Below are positions 19,890-28,398 of a DNA stretch of 64,000 nucleotides, piece by piece. The translations under genes and the position numbers were made by a program. The stretch spans positions 16,388 to 80,387 of the forward strand of contig JAFXPK010000051.1 of NCBI GenBank assembly GCA_017527905.1, in the 5' to 3' direction. Every line of letters begins with the position of its first letter. The stretch's first letter is position 1. Source of the DNA: Paludibacteraceae bacterium (GTDB lineage: Bacteria > Bacteroidota > Bacteroidia > Bacteroidales > Paludibacteraceae). Below the pieces are notes generated by a model that ran no database searches, was not told the origin of the DNA, and saw only the letters and a list, made by a program, of their open reading frames with translations.

Positions 19890-21239
19890 TCAACGCTTGC
19901 TTTTGCGCCACTTCTCAATGTTCTCCTCGAACTTCTTCACCTTCTTGGCACTTTTGTTCGCACGGAACCAATCGGAGACACGGATTCTTTCCGAAATGTC
20001 CGTGCCTTCGTCGATCAGGCGCCTGGAATCTTCCGTCTTCACAATTTTCACCCTATCGTACAACTGCAAGCCAGCATCAAAGGTGGAGAGGGAGAGCGTA
20101 TCCCCCGAAAAGGTAATCCGTTGAAAATAGCGGCTGTCCGTGCCCCATTTCGCCACATCGCCATGGAACTGGAGCATGTAATCCTTTCTGGAGCAATAGG
20201 ACACCAGACGGAGCGGTTCCGTCATTCCCTTGCCTGAAGAAGTATCCACGTTGAAGCGGGCATACCCATGCTCATGGCCTTGCAGCACGAGGTCCACACC
20301 CTTCTCGCAGACCAAATCGTCGAAGAACTGCTTGACGACCCAATTGTTCATGGAACTCTTAATGGAACGGATCGGATGGTGGAGCACCACGATTTTCCAC
20401 TTCTCCTTACTTGCGGAGAGTTCCTTCTCGAGCCACATCCGCTGCGACCAAAGGCGCCAGAAATCCTTGTTGGAATCCAACAGGAAGAAACGGGCATCGC
20501 CCCGCTTGAAGGAGAAAAGCGCATTGTCGTCCGTAGCCTCAAGGTCATAGTAAGGGAAGACCAGCGGGAAACGTTCCTCCAACGTACGCGTAACGCCTTT
20601 CAGATACTCATGGTTACCCGGCACGGAGACGATCGGGTAAGTGTAGGCGTAAGAAGAGAGCGAAGCGAAAACCTTCCCCCAATACTTATCCATCGGCCGC
20701 TCGATCAAGTCGCCGCCAAACAATAGAAACGAAGCATCCGCATTGTGCGCCATGATGTTCGGAAGCAGGGAGTCGAAGGCGTTATCGTCCACCTCATCCT
20801 GCACGTCACCGAAATAGAGGAAAGAGTAATCATCCGATGCGGGTGGCATGTGGAACTGCATCCAAGCCGTCGTGTCTTGTCCGACACGGATCCGGTAACG
20901 GTACACGCCATCCGCCTTCAGGGAATCCAACAAGACCGAGAAGTAGGCGGCGATACCCGCCCGTGAGCGGAAAGGGACGCTCATCGTCTCATACACAAGC
21001 GTATCGTGCCCGAGCGTGTCGCACAGATCCAGCCAACCCGGTTGACGCACAGAGTCGCATTGCCATGAGACATAACGGGATGATTCCGACGGGCCGACCG
21101 TCAGAAGAACTCTCGCAGGATGATGTTGGATGTCATAACCTGGCTCAGGCGGATTGCCGAACCACACATCCCACCGCTTGTAACAAAACAGCGCGATGGC
21201 GATGAACAAAACCGCCAAGACCCATTTTTTCTTCGACAT
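19890..21239 (-). CDS. Calcineurin-like metallophosphoesterase (purple acid phosphatase-like), secreted or membrane-anchored
   Basis: Metallophosphoesterase motifs are present: FLYFGDVQD, FGGDLIERP, VPGNHEY, VLHHP and LQGHEHGY. There is an N-terminal hydrophobic anchor. Confidence 0.8.
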   Translation of the reverse strand: MSKKKWVLAVLFIAIALFCYKRWDVWFGNPPEPGYDIQHHPARVLLTVGPSESSRYVSWQCDSVRQPGWLDLCDTLGHDTLVYETMSVPFRSRAGIAAYFSVLLDSLKADGVYRYRIRVGQDTTAWMQFHMPPASDDYSFLYFGDVQDEVDDNAFDSLLPNIMAHNADASFLLFGGDLIERPMDKYWGKVFASLSSYAYTYPIVSVPGNHEYLKGVTRTLEERFPLVFPYYDLEATDDNALFSFKRGDARFFLLDSNKDFWRLWSQRMWLEKELSASKEKWKIVVLHHPIRSIKSSMNNWVVKQFFDDLVCEKGVDLVLQGHEHGYARFNVDTSSGKGMTEPLRLVSYCSRKDYMLQFHGDVAKWGTDSRYFQRITFSGDTLSLSTFDAGLQLYDRVKIVKTEDSRRLIDEGTDISERIRVSDWFRANKSAKKVKKFEENIEKWRKSKR

Positions 21240-21240
21240 A

Positions 21241-22632
21241 TTAATAGCCTAAAATCTTCAACATGGACTTATAACTCTGTTCCTTCGCGAACAGTTTAGT
21301 ATAGTATTCACCATTCTCATCCACATCGACCACCACCATCTTAGGGGCAGGCAACAAGCAGTGTTGGATACCGCCGTAACCACTCAACGCCTCTTGGTAG
21401 GCGCCCATATGGAAGAAACCGATGAACTGTTCCCTACCCTGTACCATCTTAGGGAGGAAGATCGCATTGGAGTGAACCTCAGCGTTGTAGAAATCCTCGC
21501 TATCGCACGTCAGGCCGCCCAAGTGCACCCGTTCGTACTCCTGGTCCCAGTTATTGATGGCCAAGAACGGGAAGCGCTGGTTCAAGCCCCAGGTGTCGGG
21601 CATCGTATTGATGAAGGAGCTGTCGATCATGTCCCACAACTCACGGTCGTTCTGTTGCTTCTGGTTGACGATGGAATAGAGCATCGCACCACTCTCGCCC
21701 ACCGTGTAGGAACCGAACTCAGTGAAGATGCGAGGCTCCGGCACGCCCTGTTGCGCACAAGTGTTTTTGATTTGGGCGACGATCTCCTCCGCCATGTACT
21801 CATAATCGTAGGTAAAATCCATGTGGGCTTGGATAGGGAAACCACCGCCGATGTTCAGGCTATCGAGTTCCGGGCAAATCTTGCGCAACTCGCAATAGAG
21901 GTTGATTCCCTTGCTCAACTCGTTCCAATAGTAGGAGGTGTCCTTGATACCCGTGTTCACGAAGAAGTGCAACATTTTCAGTTTCACCTGCTTATTATTC
22001 TTTATCTTCTCCTTATAATATGGAAGGATATCCTTGAAGCGGATGCCCAAGCGGGAAGTATAGAAATCGAACTTAGGTTCCTCCTCTGTGGCGATACGGA
22101 TACCGACGTTCAACGGCTTATCAAAGCCATCGAGCAACATATCCAGTTCGTCCTTATTGTCCAGAATCGGAATCACATTTGTGAAACCCTTGTTGATGAA
22201 GTCACGTATATTGTCTATATATTGAGGTATTTTAAATCCGTTGCAAATGATGAACTTGTCCTTTTTAAGATGTCCGGATTCCTCCAAACACTCCAACAAG
22301 TTCACGTCGTATGCGGAAGAGATTTCCACATTCACGTCATGTTTCAGCACCTCCTCCATCACGAAGGAGAAGTGGGAACTCTTCGTGCAGAAGCAATAGT
22401 TGTAGTCCGCCTGATAGTCCACCTTCGCCATGGCCACGTTGAAAAGACGCCTCACACGCTGGATGTTCATGGCTATCTTCGGTAGGTACGAGATCCGCAA
22501 AGGGGTACCATACTGTTTGATGATGTCCATCAAAGGAACATTGAACCAATAAAGCTCATTGTCATTGACGCTAAACTCCTCGTTAGGAAACTCGAACGAC
22601 TGCTCGATCAAATCAACGTACTTGTTTTTCAT
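21241..22632 (-). CDS. Type III PLP-dependent decarboxylase, short arginine decarboxylase-like
   Basis: The 463-aa product has an N-terminus (YGTPLRISYLPKI...YCFCTKSSHFSFV) that resembles the roughly 460-aa arginine decarboxylases annotated in Bacteroidota. Only 1 nt separates it from the downstream gene, so the two are probably an operon. Confidence 0.7.
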   Translation of the reverse strand: MKNKYVDLIEQSFEFPNEEFSVNDNELYWFNVPLMDIIKQYGTPLRISYLPKIAMNIQRVRRLFNVAMAKVDYQADYNYCFCTKSSHFSFVMEEVLKHDVNVEISSAYDVNLLECLEESGHLKKDKFIICNGFKIPQYIDNIRDFINKGFTNVIPILDNKDELDMLLDGFDKPLNVGIRIATEEEPKFDFYTSRLGIRFKDILPYYKEKIKNNKQVKLKMLHFFVNTGIKDTSYYWNELSKGINLYCELRKICPELDSLNIGGGFPIQAHMDFTYDYEYMAEEIVAQIKNTCAQQGVPEPRIFTEFGSYTVGESGAMLYSIVNQKQQNDRELWDMIDSSFINTMPDTWGLNQRFPFLAINNWDQEYERVHLGGLTCDSEDFYNAEVHSNAIFLPKMVQGREQFIGFFHMGAYQEALSGYGGIQHCLLPAPKMVVVDVDENGEYYTKLFAKEQSYKSMLKILGY

Positions 22633-22733
22633 TTCCAGGAAATTAAGTAAACCAAATTAAATAAATTCACCCAAAGAAATAAATCCAACTCACTCGGATT
22701 GAACAAAAATTTACAATCCGAAGAATTCGGATG

Positions 22734-22741
22734 CAAATCTA
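22734..22741 (-). promoter_or_regulatory. -7 box TAGATTTG (minus strand)
   Basis: caaatcta lies about 100 nt upstream of the ATG at 22632. The leader contains alternative hairpins (see findings). Confidence 0.45.
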
Positions 22742-22809
22742 TATATAAATCAAACACATTATTCAATTTTGGCAAAAAACTTTTTGTCGGGTTTAGACGC
22801 ACGCATAAT

Positions 22810-23020
22810 CGACCACGTCGAACTGACGTTTCATAAATCCCTAGTGTCGCCCCGTTGGGGCTCATGTTGCGTCACGTGCCCCATTGCACAGGGGTTTACA
22901 CCCCTGCCTGGGGGATGCCGCCCTTCCAGGGCTAAACTACATCGAGCTACCGTTTCAAAATTGACTTCGTCGAACTGACGTTTCATAATTGACTTCGTCG
23001 AACTAACGTTTCAAAATTCA
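22810..23020. repeat. MITE/REP-like intergenic element, locus A
   Basis: It contains cgtcgaactgacgtttcataa-type 28-bp units at both ends. The GC-rich core carries the hairpins gccccgttggggc and caggggtttacacccctg. The element is in reverse orientation relative to the copies at 26731-27235. Confidence 0.7.
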
Positions 23021-23206
23021 TAATTGCCTATCGTCTACGGTCCAAAACCCATTTTTTTCAAAAAAGAGTTGGTAAACTCACATATATTTACGAAAATTGC
23101 AAATGGATTCGATTGTCAGAACAAAAATGTGTCTAACGCATTCTTTTTCAGGTTGAAAGCATCGGTTCTAAAAGTTAAGGAGACATAAACCATTTCTAAT
23201 ATCATT

Positions 23207-24799
23207 ATGATGAGAATAAAAACTATTATTGCATTGTCGGCCCTCTCCATCACGGCGGCCTATGCGCAAGACAGCATCGTCTTGGACGATTTCGAGAGTG
23301 ACGCTAAAGGCTGGGAGGACGTCAGCGGCGCCTTCAGTGAGATTGTAAGCAATCCCTCGCCGGACGACGTGAACAGTTCGTCCAAAGTGCTCAAATGCAC
23401 CAGACCCGTCGGCACGGACAACTGGGCGGGCGTGATCCTCAGGGGAGTCTATTCCCTCAACATCGGTTCCAGCGACAACGACTACTCCTATGCGACGGTG
23501 AAGTTCCTCAAACAGACCCAAGGAGACGTCGCCTTCAAGTTGGAGTCCGGTCCGGGCGATAACTACGAATACAACACCGCCTACCTCGGCGGCAACGGAT
23601 GGACCACCGTCACATTCGACCTGAAGAGCGCACCGAAAGGCACCTACAAAGACTTCTTCGTCATGGTGGACCGTGGTGACCTGCAGCGCGACGCCGTCGT
23701 CTACATCGACGAGGTCACGCTCCTCAAGAAACTCGACCAACAAAGTTCCTCGACCTTCGACCCGAACTCGCAAAAAGGAACGGGCGAAGTGGACGGCTAC
23801 AAACTCGTTTGGCAGGAGCTGTTCGATGACGGCAAACTCAGCAATGTGTGGAACATCGAGGAGGGTTATGCCTACAACAACGAATTGCAATACTACAAAA
23901 GGAACAACATCGAGGTAGGAAAAGATGAGAAGGGGAACGGCTGCCTTATCATTACTGCCAAGAAAGAACAATCCAACGGTATTACATGCTCATCGGGAAG
24001 ATTGAACACCAGCGGCAAGATGAAGTTCTGCCACGGCAAGGTGGAGGCAAGCATCCGTTTGCCTAAGACCGCCAACGGACTCTGGCCAGCATTCTGGATG
24101 ATGGGTGACGAAACAAGCAGATGGCCTGCGAACGGAGAGATTGATATCATGGAGATGGGCAACTCCGAGGCTTTCAACATGGGCACACAAGACCGCTACT
24201 TCAACGGAGCTTGTCACTGGGGACCTTCGCAGAGCGCCCACGAGATGAGCACCCAGAGCGTCACTTGGGACTACTCCCTGCAGGACGGGGAATTCCACCT
24301 CTACACGCTCTACTGGGACGAACAAAGGCTCGTCATGTACGTCGACCAAGACCGCTACCCTAACGCACGGCCTTATTTTCAACTGAACATCGCGGACAGG
24401 GGGTCGGACAGAAGTGCCGGGACCTATTTCCACCACGAGTTCCACCTCCTCTTCAACTTGGCGATCGGAGGTGATTTCACGAGAATCACAGACATCAATC
24501 AAATCAGTGCCCTGCAAAACGGAGAGGCGAAGATGTACGTCAACTACGTCAAGGTATACCAAAAAGGCATCCAAGGGGAGAGCTACACAGGACCTGTCAT
24601 GGAGTTCACAGGCATGGAGGAGTTGTGCGCCGCACAGAAGGGCCTCGACGAATTGGCAGGATCCATCTACAACATAAACGGTCTGCTCGTACGGACATTC
24701 GATGCGGGTGAATCATCCGTCATCGAGAACCTCAAGGAAGGCCTCTACATCATCAGATTGGAGAACAACGAGTCCTTCAAAATCATCAAGAGGAAATAA
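23207..24799 (+). CDS. GH16 beta-glucanase (laminarinase/licheninase-like) with N-terminal CBM-like domain and T9SS C-terminal sorting domain
   Basis: The signal peptide is MMRIKTIIALSALSITAAYAQ. The GH16 catalytic motif is WPANGEIDIMEM (ExDxxE), together with GLWPAFWMMG. The C-terminus is IYNINGLLVRTFDAGESSVIENLKEGLYIIRLENNESFKIIKRK. Confidence 0.85.
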   Translation: MMRIKTIIALSALSITAAYAQDSIVLDDFESDAKGWEDVSGAFSEIVSNPSPDDVNSSSKVLKCTRPVGTDNWAGVILRGVYSLNIGSSDNDYSYATVKFLKQTQGDVAFKLESGPGDNYEYNTAYLGGNGWTTVTFDLKSAPKGTYKDFFVMVDRGDLQRDAVVYIDEVTLLKKLDQQSSSTFDPNSQKGTGEVDGYKLVWQELFDDGKLSNVWNIEEGYAYNNELQYYKRNNIEVGKDEKGNGCLIITAKKEQSNGITCSSGRLNTSGKMKFCHGKVEASIRLPKTANGLWPAFWMMGDETSRWPANGEIDIMEMGNSEAFNMGTQDRYFNGACHWGPSQSAHEMSTQSVTWDYSLQDGEFHLYTLYWDEQRLVMYVDQDRYPNARPYFQLNIADRGSDRSAGTYFHHEFHLLFNLAIGGDFTRITDINQISALQNGEAKMYVNYVKVYQKGIQGESYTGPVMEFTGMEELCAAQKGLDELAGSIYNINGLLVRTFDAGESSVIENLKEGLYIIRLENNESFKIIKRK

Positions 24800-24818
24800 T
24801 CGTTCCTACGCATAACAG

Positions 24819-24853
24819 AATGGCTGGCGAATCATCTCGTCAGCCATTTTTTT
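24819..24853 (+). terminator. Rho-independent terminator after the GH16 gene
   Basis: The stem is aatggctg / cagccatt, followed by tttttt. Confidence 0.6.
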
Positions 24854-24928
24854 GCGCTGCGACAACGCACACGCACATCCCTTGGGGAAGACGCAAATAT
24901 CCTTCAGGCGAGGAAGGCACAAGAGCCA

Positions 24929-24966
24929 TAAAAACAAAGGAGGGGAAACCAGACGTCTCCCCTCCT
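24929..24966 (-). terminator. Rho-independent terminator after the fumarase gene
   Basis: A 9-bp stem (aggagggga / tcccctcct) is followed on the minus strand by ttgttttta. Confidence 0.6.
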
Positions 24967-24991
24967 CCACTATCGTAATATCAGAGCCTCA

Positions 24992-26635
24992 TCATCTCTT
25001 GCAGATGGCGTCCCAAGGCTTCAGTTGTTTAAAGAAATCGTTACCCTTGTCGTCCACCAGGATGAAGGCAGGGAAGTCCTCCACTTCGATCTTCCAGATG
25101 GCTTCCATACCCAATTCAGGGTACTCCACGCATTCGATGCTCTTGATGTTGTTTTGTGCCAGGATAGCGGCCGGTCCACCGATGGAGCCCAAATAGAATC
25201 CGCCATGCTTCTTGCAGGCGTCCGTCACGGCTTGAGAACGGTTACCCTTCGCCAACATGATCATAGATCCTCCGTGGTCTTGGAACTCGTCCACGTATGG
25301 ATCCATACGTCCCGCCGTGGTAGGTCCCATACTTCCGCAAGGCATTCCTTCCGGAGTCTTGGCCGGACCAGCGTAGTAGATCGGATGGTCTTTCAGGTAC
25401 TGAGGCATACCCTCGCCAGCGTCCAAGCGAGCCTTGATCTTCGCATGGGCGATGTCTCGTCCCACGATGATTGTACCATTCAGGGAGAGGCGGGTGGATA
25501 CAGGATATTTGGAGAGTTCCTTCAGGATCTCCTTCATCGGTTGGTTCAAGTTGATCTTCACAGCGTCGCCCTCACCTGCTTGGCGGAGTTCCTCAGGGAT
25601 CAATTCGTATGGTTTATCGTCCATCTTCTCGATCCAGATACCGTCCTTGTTGATTTTGCACTTGATGTTTCTGTCCGCGGAACAGCTCACGCCCAAGCCG
25701 ATAGGACAGCTGGCGCCGTGGCGAGGCAAACGTACCACACGTACGTCGTGAGCCATGTATTTACCGCCGAACTGGGCACCCAAACCAATCTTGTGCGCCT
25801 CCTCCAGGAGTTGTTTCTCCAATTCGATGTCACGGAAAGCGCGACCCGTCTCGTCGCCCGAAGTAGGGAGGCTGTCGTAGTAGTGGGTAGAAGCCAGCTT
25901 AACCGTCAGCAGGTTCTTCTCCGCCGAAGTACCACCGATAACGATGGCGATGTGGTAAGGAGGGCAAGCCGCCGTACCCAATGATTTCATCTTCTCCACC
26001 AAGAAAGGAACCAGCGTGCCAGGGTTCTGGATACGCGCTTTGGTCTCTTGGTAGAGATAAGTCTTGTTGGCTGAGCCACCACCTTTGGTGACCATCAGGA
26101 AGCGGTACTCCATGCCTTCCGTAGCCTCGATATCGATCTGTGCTGGCAGGTTACATTTCGTGTTCACCTCGTCGTACATGTTCAACGGAGCGTTCTGTGA
26201 GTAGCGGAGGTTCTCCTCTGTGTAAGTCTTGAAGACACCTTTCGCCAACGCCTCTTCGTCGCAGTAGCCGGTCCAAACCTGCTGGCCCTTCTCTCCGTGG
26301 ATGATGGCGGTACCCGTGTCCTGGCAGAGAGGCAATTTGCCCTTAGCGGCCACTTCCGCGTTGCGCAGGAAGGTGAGGGCCACATACTTGTCGTTGTCGC
26401 TCGCCTCAGGGTCGCTCAATATCTTAGCCACTTGCAGGTTGTGGGAACGTCTTAACAGGAAGGAAACATCGCGGAACGCGGCGTTGGCCATCTTGGTCAA
26501 TCCCTCTTTCTCAACTTTAAGGATAGGTTTTCCTTCGAAATCACCGACAGAGACATAGTCTTTCGTCAGCAGATAGTACTCCGTGTCGTCTTTTCCTAAT
26601 TGGAACATCTGAGCATACTTAAATTCTACAGCCAT
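24992..26635 (-). CDS. fumB: Class I (Fe-S) fumarate hydratase
   Basis: The product is 547 aa from the ATG at 26635 ([11 protein letters not shown]...). It shows full-length similarity to class I fumarases, for example [32 protein letters not shown] and [16 protein letters not shown]. The extra 22 codons of the track ORF (from 26701) look non-native. Confidence 0.9.
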   Translation of the reverse strand: MAVEFKYAQMFQLGKDDTEYYLLTKDYVSVGDFEGKPILKVEKEGLTKMANAAFRDVSFLLRRSHNLQVAKILSDPEASDNDKYVALTFLRNAEVAAKGKLPLCQDTGTAIIHGEKGQQVWTGYCDEEALAKGVFKTYTEENLRYSQNAPLNMYDEVNTKCNLPAQIDIEATEGMEYRFLMVTKGGGSANKTYLYQETKARIQNPGTLVPFLVEKMKSLGTAACPPYHIAIVIGGTSAEKNLLTVKLASTHYYDSLPTSGDETGRAFRDIELEKQLLEEAHKIGLGAQFGGKYMAHDVRVVRLPRHGASCPIGLGVSCSADRNIKCKINKDGIWIEKMDDKPYELIPEELRQAGEGDAVKINLNQPMKEILKELSKYPVSTRLSLNGTIIVGRDIAHAKIKARLDAGEGMPQYLKDHPIYYAGPAKTPEGMPCGSMGPTTAGRMDPYVDEFQDHGGSMIMLAKGNRSQAVTDACKKHGGFYLGSIGGPAAILAQNNIKSIECVEYPELGMEAIWKIEVEDFPAFILVDDKGNDFFKQLKPWDAICKR

Positions 26636-26730
26636 ATTTCTGTTGTTTAATGTTTTATGTGTTTCTATGATTATGCTACTAAGTAACAACTTTTTTTTCA
26701 AATATCGTTGATGTTTCGAGGAGAATTTAG

Positions 26731-27235
26731 ATAATTAAGAATTTTGAAACGTTAGTTCGACGAAGTCAATTATGAAACGTTAGTTCGACGTAGTCAATTA
26801 TGAAACGTTAGTTCGACGTAGTCAATTAGAATGCAGGGGATGGACGATATGCCTGAAGAACGGCTCATCCCAAAGCCCCAACGGGGCGATATCCTCCAGG
26901 CAGGGGTGTTAACCCCTGTGCAAAAGGGCACGTGATGCGACATGAGCCCCAACGGGGCGACACAAGGAAATTAAGAATTATGAATTAAGAATTATGAAAC
27001 GTCAGTTCGACGAAGTCAATTTTGAAACGTTAGTTCGACGAAATCAATTAGAATGCAGGGGATGGACGATATGCCTGAAGAACGGCTCATCCCAAAGCCC
27101 CAACGGGGCGACAACCTCCAGGCAGGGGTGTTAACCCCTGTGCGAAAGGGCACGTGATGCGACATGAGCCCCAACGGGGCGACACAAGGGAAACGTCAGT
27201 TCGACGAATTCAATTTTTGAAACGCAACATGTTCG
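26731..27235. repeat. MITE/REP-like composite element, locus C: two tandem copies (period 222 bp) with 28-bp tandem units
   Basis: 28-bp units of the form gaaacgttagttcgacgWagtcaattat start at 26746, 26774, 26802, 26996, 27024 and 27190. The 139-nt GC-rich core at 26829-26967 is repeated at 27051-27189 with only 3 mismatches. Confidence 0.8.
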
Positions 27236-27244
27236 GTTAACCGC

Positions 27245-27285
27245 AAAAAAAAGCCTCAATTGACATCGTATCGTCCATTGAGGCT
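27245..27285 (-). terminator. Rho-independent terminator downstream of the small-peptide ORFs
   Basis: The stem is agcctcaat / attgaggct, followed on the minus strand by tttttttt. Confidence 0.6.
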
Positions 27286-27362
27286 ATTGTCGTACGCTGT
27301 ACGGCCGCTTTCGCTGTTTCCGTCGTTTCTTATTCTGTTCCATTTCCGTACTTATTAAAGGG

Positions 27363-27449
27363 TTATTTACTCATGGAAGTAATCTCCATATACACTTTCA
27401 CTCCAAAAACTGCGGCGATCGAGATCGTCAAAAATGTTGCTACTATCAT
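27363..27449 (-). CDS. Candidate 28-aa hydrophobic peptide
   Basis: Manual translation gives MIVATFLTISIAAVFGVKVYMEITSMSK. It is a paralog of the peptide at 27501-27581 and lies between a -7 box and a terminator. Confidence 0.4.
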   Translation of the reverse strand: MIVATFLTISIAAVFGVKVYMEITSMSK

Positions 27450-27500
27450 AATCGTACGTTTTTTAATGGTTAATCACTATGTTTCGTTTACTCATTTTTT

Positions 27501-27581
27501 TCAGCCGTTGATGGTGTCGAATGTCATGACTACCTTTGCTACGAAGCAAGCTGCGATCGATAATACTAATGCTGTTACCAT
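27501..27581 (-). CDS. Candidate 26-aa hydrophobic peptide
   Basis: Manual translation gives MVTALVLSIAACFVAKVVMTFDTING. It shares SIAA.F..KV.M with the downstream peptide. Confidence 0.4.
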   Translation of the reverse strand: MVTALVLSIAACFVAKVVMTFDTING

Positions 27582-27643
27582 AATTCTGTAATTTTATGCG
27601 TTATTTATTCTTTATTTATGTAATTCCTCATTGAATCACATTG

Positions 27644-27651
27644 CAAATATA
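27644..27651 (-). promoter_or_regulatory. -7 box TATATTTG (minus strand) for the small-peptide transcript
   Basis: caaatata lies 63 nt upstream of the ATG at 27581. Confidence 0.5.
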
Positions 27652-27824
27652 GGCATTATATTTTATTCTGCAAATAAATATACACTCTTTGGGGTTAAAA
27701 TATTTTAATTTATGCATAATAAGGGTTATAATTGCATATTTTAGGAATAATTATGTAAATAAATATACAGTGTTAATAATGTATAAATATTAACGAAAAC
27801 TGTTGTTCCATCCATTTTTATTCC

Positions 27825-27832
27825 TATATTTG
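27825..27832 (+). promoter_or_regulatory. -7 box TATATTTG for the YtxH-like gene
   Basis: The box ends 5 nt before the ATG at 27838. This argues for the ATG at 27862 as the start, or for a leaderless mRNA. Confidence 0.45.
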
Positions 27833-27861
27833 TTTACATGAACATTAAAACTATATGCGCT

Positions 27862-28092
27862 ATGGGAAATTTTGTGAAAGGTGCGGTCATTGGTGCCGCT
27901 GCAGTTTTGCTCGGTAATTATTTGTTGAATACCGAAGAGGGCAAGGAGACTTGCAAGAAGATTAAGGATAAGGTAAAAAAGACGGCCGACGAATGGAAGG
28001 ATAAATTGGAGAAGGAACTGAATCAGTTCGATGGCAAGGATTCCACCTCCACCTCCGTCACAAAGCAGGTTGAGGACGTCATGGAAGAATAG
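27862..28092 (+). CDS. YtxH domain protein
   Basis: MGNFVKGAVIGAAAVLLGNYLLNTEEGKETCKKIKDKVKK is a typical YtxH N-terminus followed by a charged helix. The track start at 27838 is the alternative. Confidence 0.65.
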   Translation: MGNFVKGAVIGAAAVLLGNYLLNTEEGKETCKKIKDKVKKTADEWKDKLEKELNQFDGKDSTSTSVTKQVEDVMEE

Positions 28093-28123
28093 ACGAAGGC
28101 GTTAGCCGTCATGAAGAAACGAA

Positions 28124-28165
28124 GAGGGGGCGTATCCATTCAGGATATGCCCCCTCCTTTATTTG
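28124..28165 (+). terminator. Rho-independent terminator after the YtxH-like gene
   Basis: The stem is gagggggcgtatcc / ggatatgccccctc (one G-T pair), followed by ctttatttg. Confidence 0.55.
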
Positions 28166-28207
28166 TCGTCGATTGGTGGATGCGAATGTTATTCGCCCAC
28201 AACCATA

Positions 28208-28398
28208 AAGAATTAACGTTTCATAAATCCCTCGTGTCGCCCCTTCGGGGCTACGCCACATCACACGCACCATCACACAGGGGTTGACACCCCTGCCTAT
28301 GATATAATACCCCTTCGGGGCTTGGTTTACGCGCATCGTCTATGGACACGCACGCTCCCAAAAACTCTTAATTCTTAACTCTTAATTCTTAATTCTTC
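28208..28398. repeat. MITE/REP-like intergenic element, locus D
   Basis: The left end is aagaattaacgtttcataaa. The core has gtgtcgccccttcggggct, caggggttgacacccctg and a second ccccttcgggg. The right end is ctcttaattcttaactcttaattcttaattctt, which overlaps the stop codon of the GH9 gene. Confidence 0.7.

Noticed and set aside
21361-22485. 374-aa plus-strand ORF
   Set aside because: It is antisense to the PLP-dependent decarboxylase gene.
22629-22978. Small ORFs 22629-22865 (-) and 22769-22978 (+); likewise 28109-28336 (-)
   Set aside because: They lie inside copies of the intergenic repeat element. Their similarity to each other (for example SPNGATLGIYET versus SPEGATRGIYET) only reflects the repeated DNA, and the frames are not preserved between copies.
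23168-23971. 267-aa minus-strand ORF, plus 23990-24574
   Set aside because: They are antisense to the GH16 gene, which has the ExDxxE catalytic motif, a signal peptide and a CTD.
25025-25984. 319-aa plus-strand ORF
   Set aside because: It is antisense to the class I fumarase gene.
26746-27218. Possible CRISPR array, because of regularly spaced 28-bp direct repeats
   Set aside because: The 28-bp units are directly abutting without unique spacers. The larger 222-bp period is a duplication of a structured core. No cas genes are nearby.
27373-27591. 72-aa plus-strand ORF
   Set aside because: It has no promoter or terminator in the plus orientation. It is antisense to the two paralogous mini-ORFs, which do have a -7 box and a terminator.
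27644-27832. Possible invertible promoter segment flanked by the inverted 10-mers caaatatagg and cctatatttg
   Set aside because: The inverted 10-mers are simply two divergent -7 boxes (TAnnTTTG), each facing its own gene. There are no longer flanking inverted repeats and no nearby recombinase.
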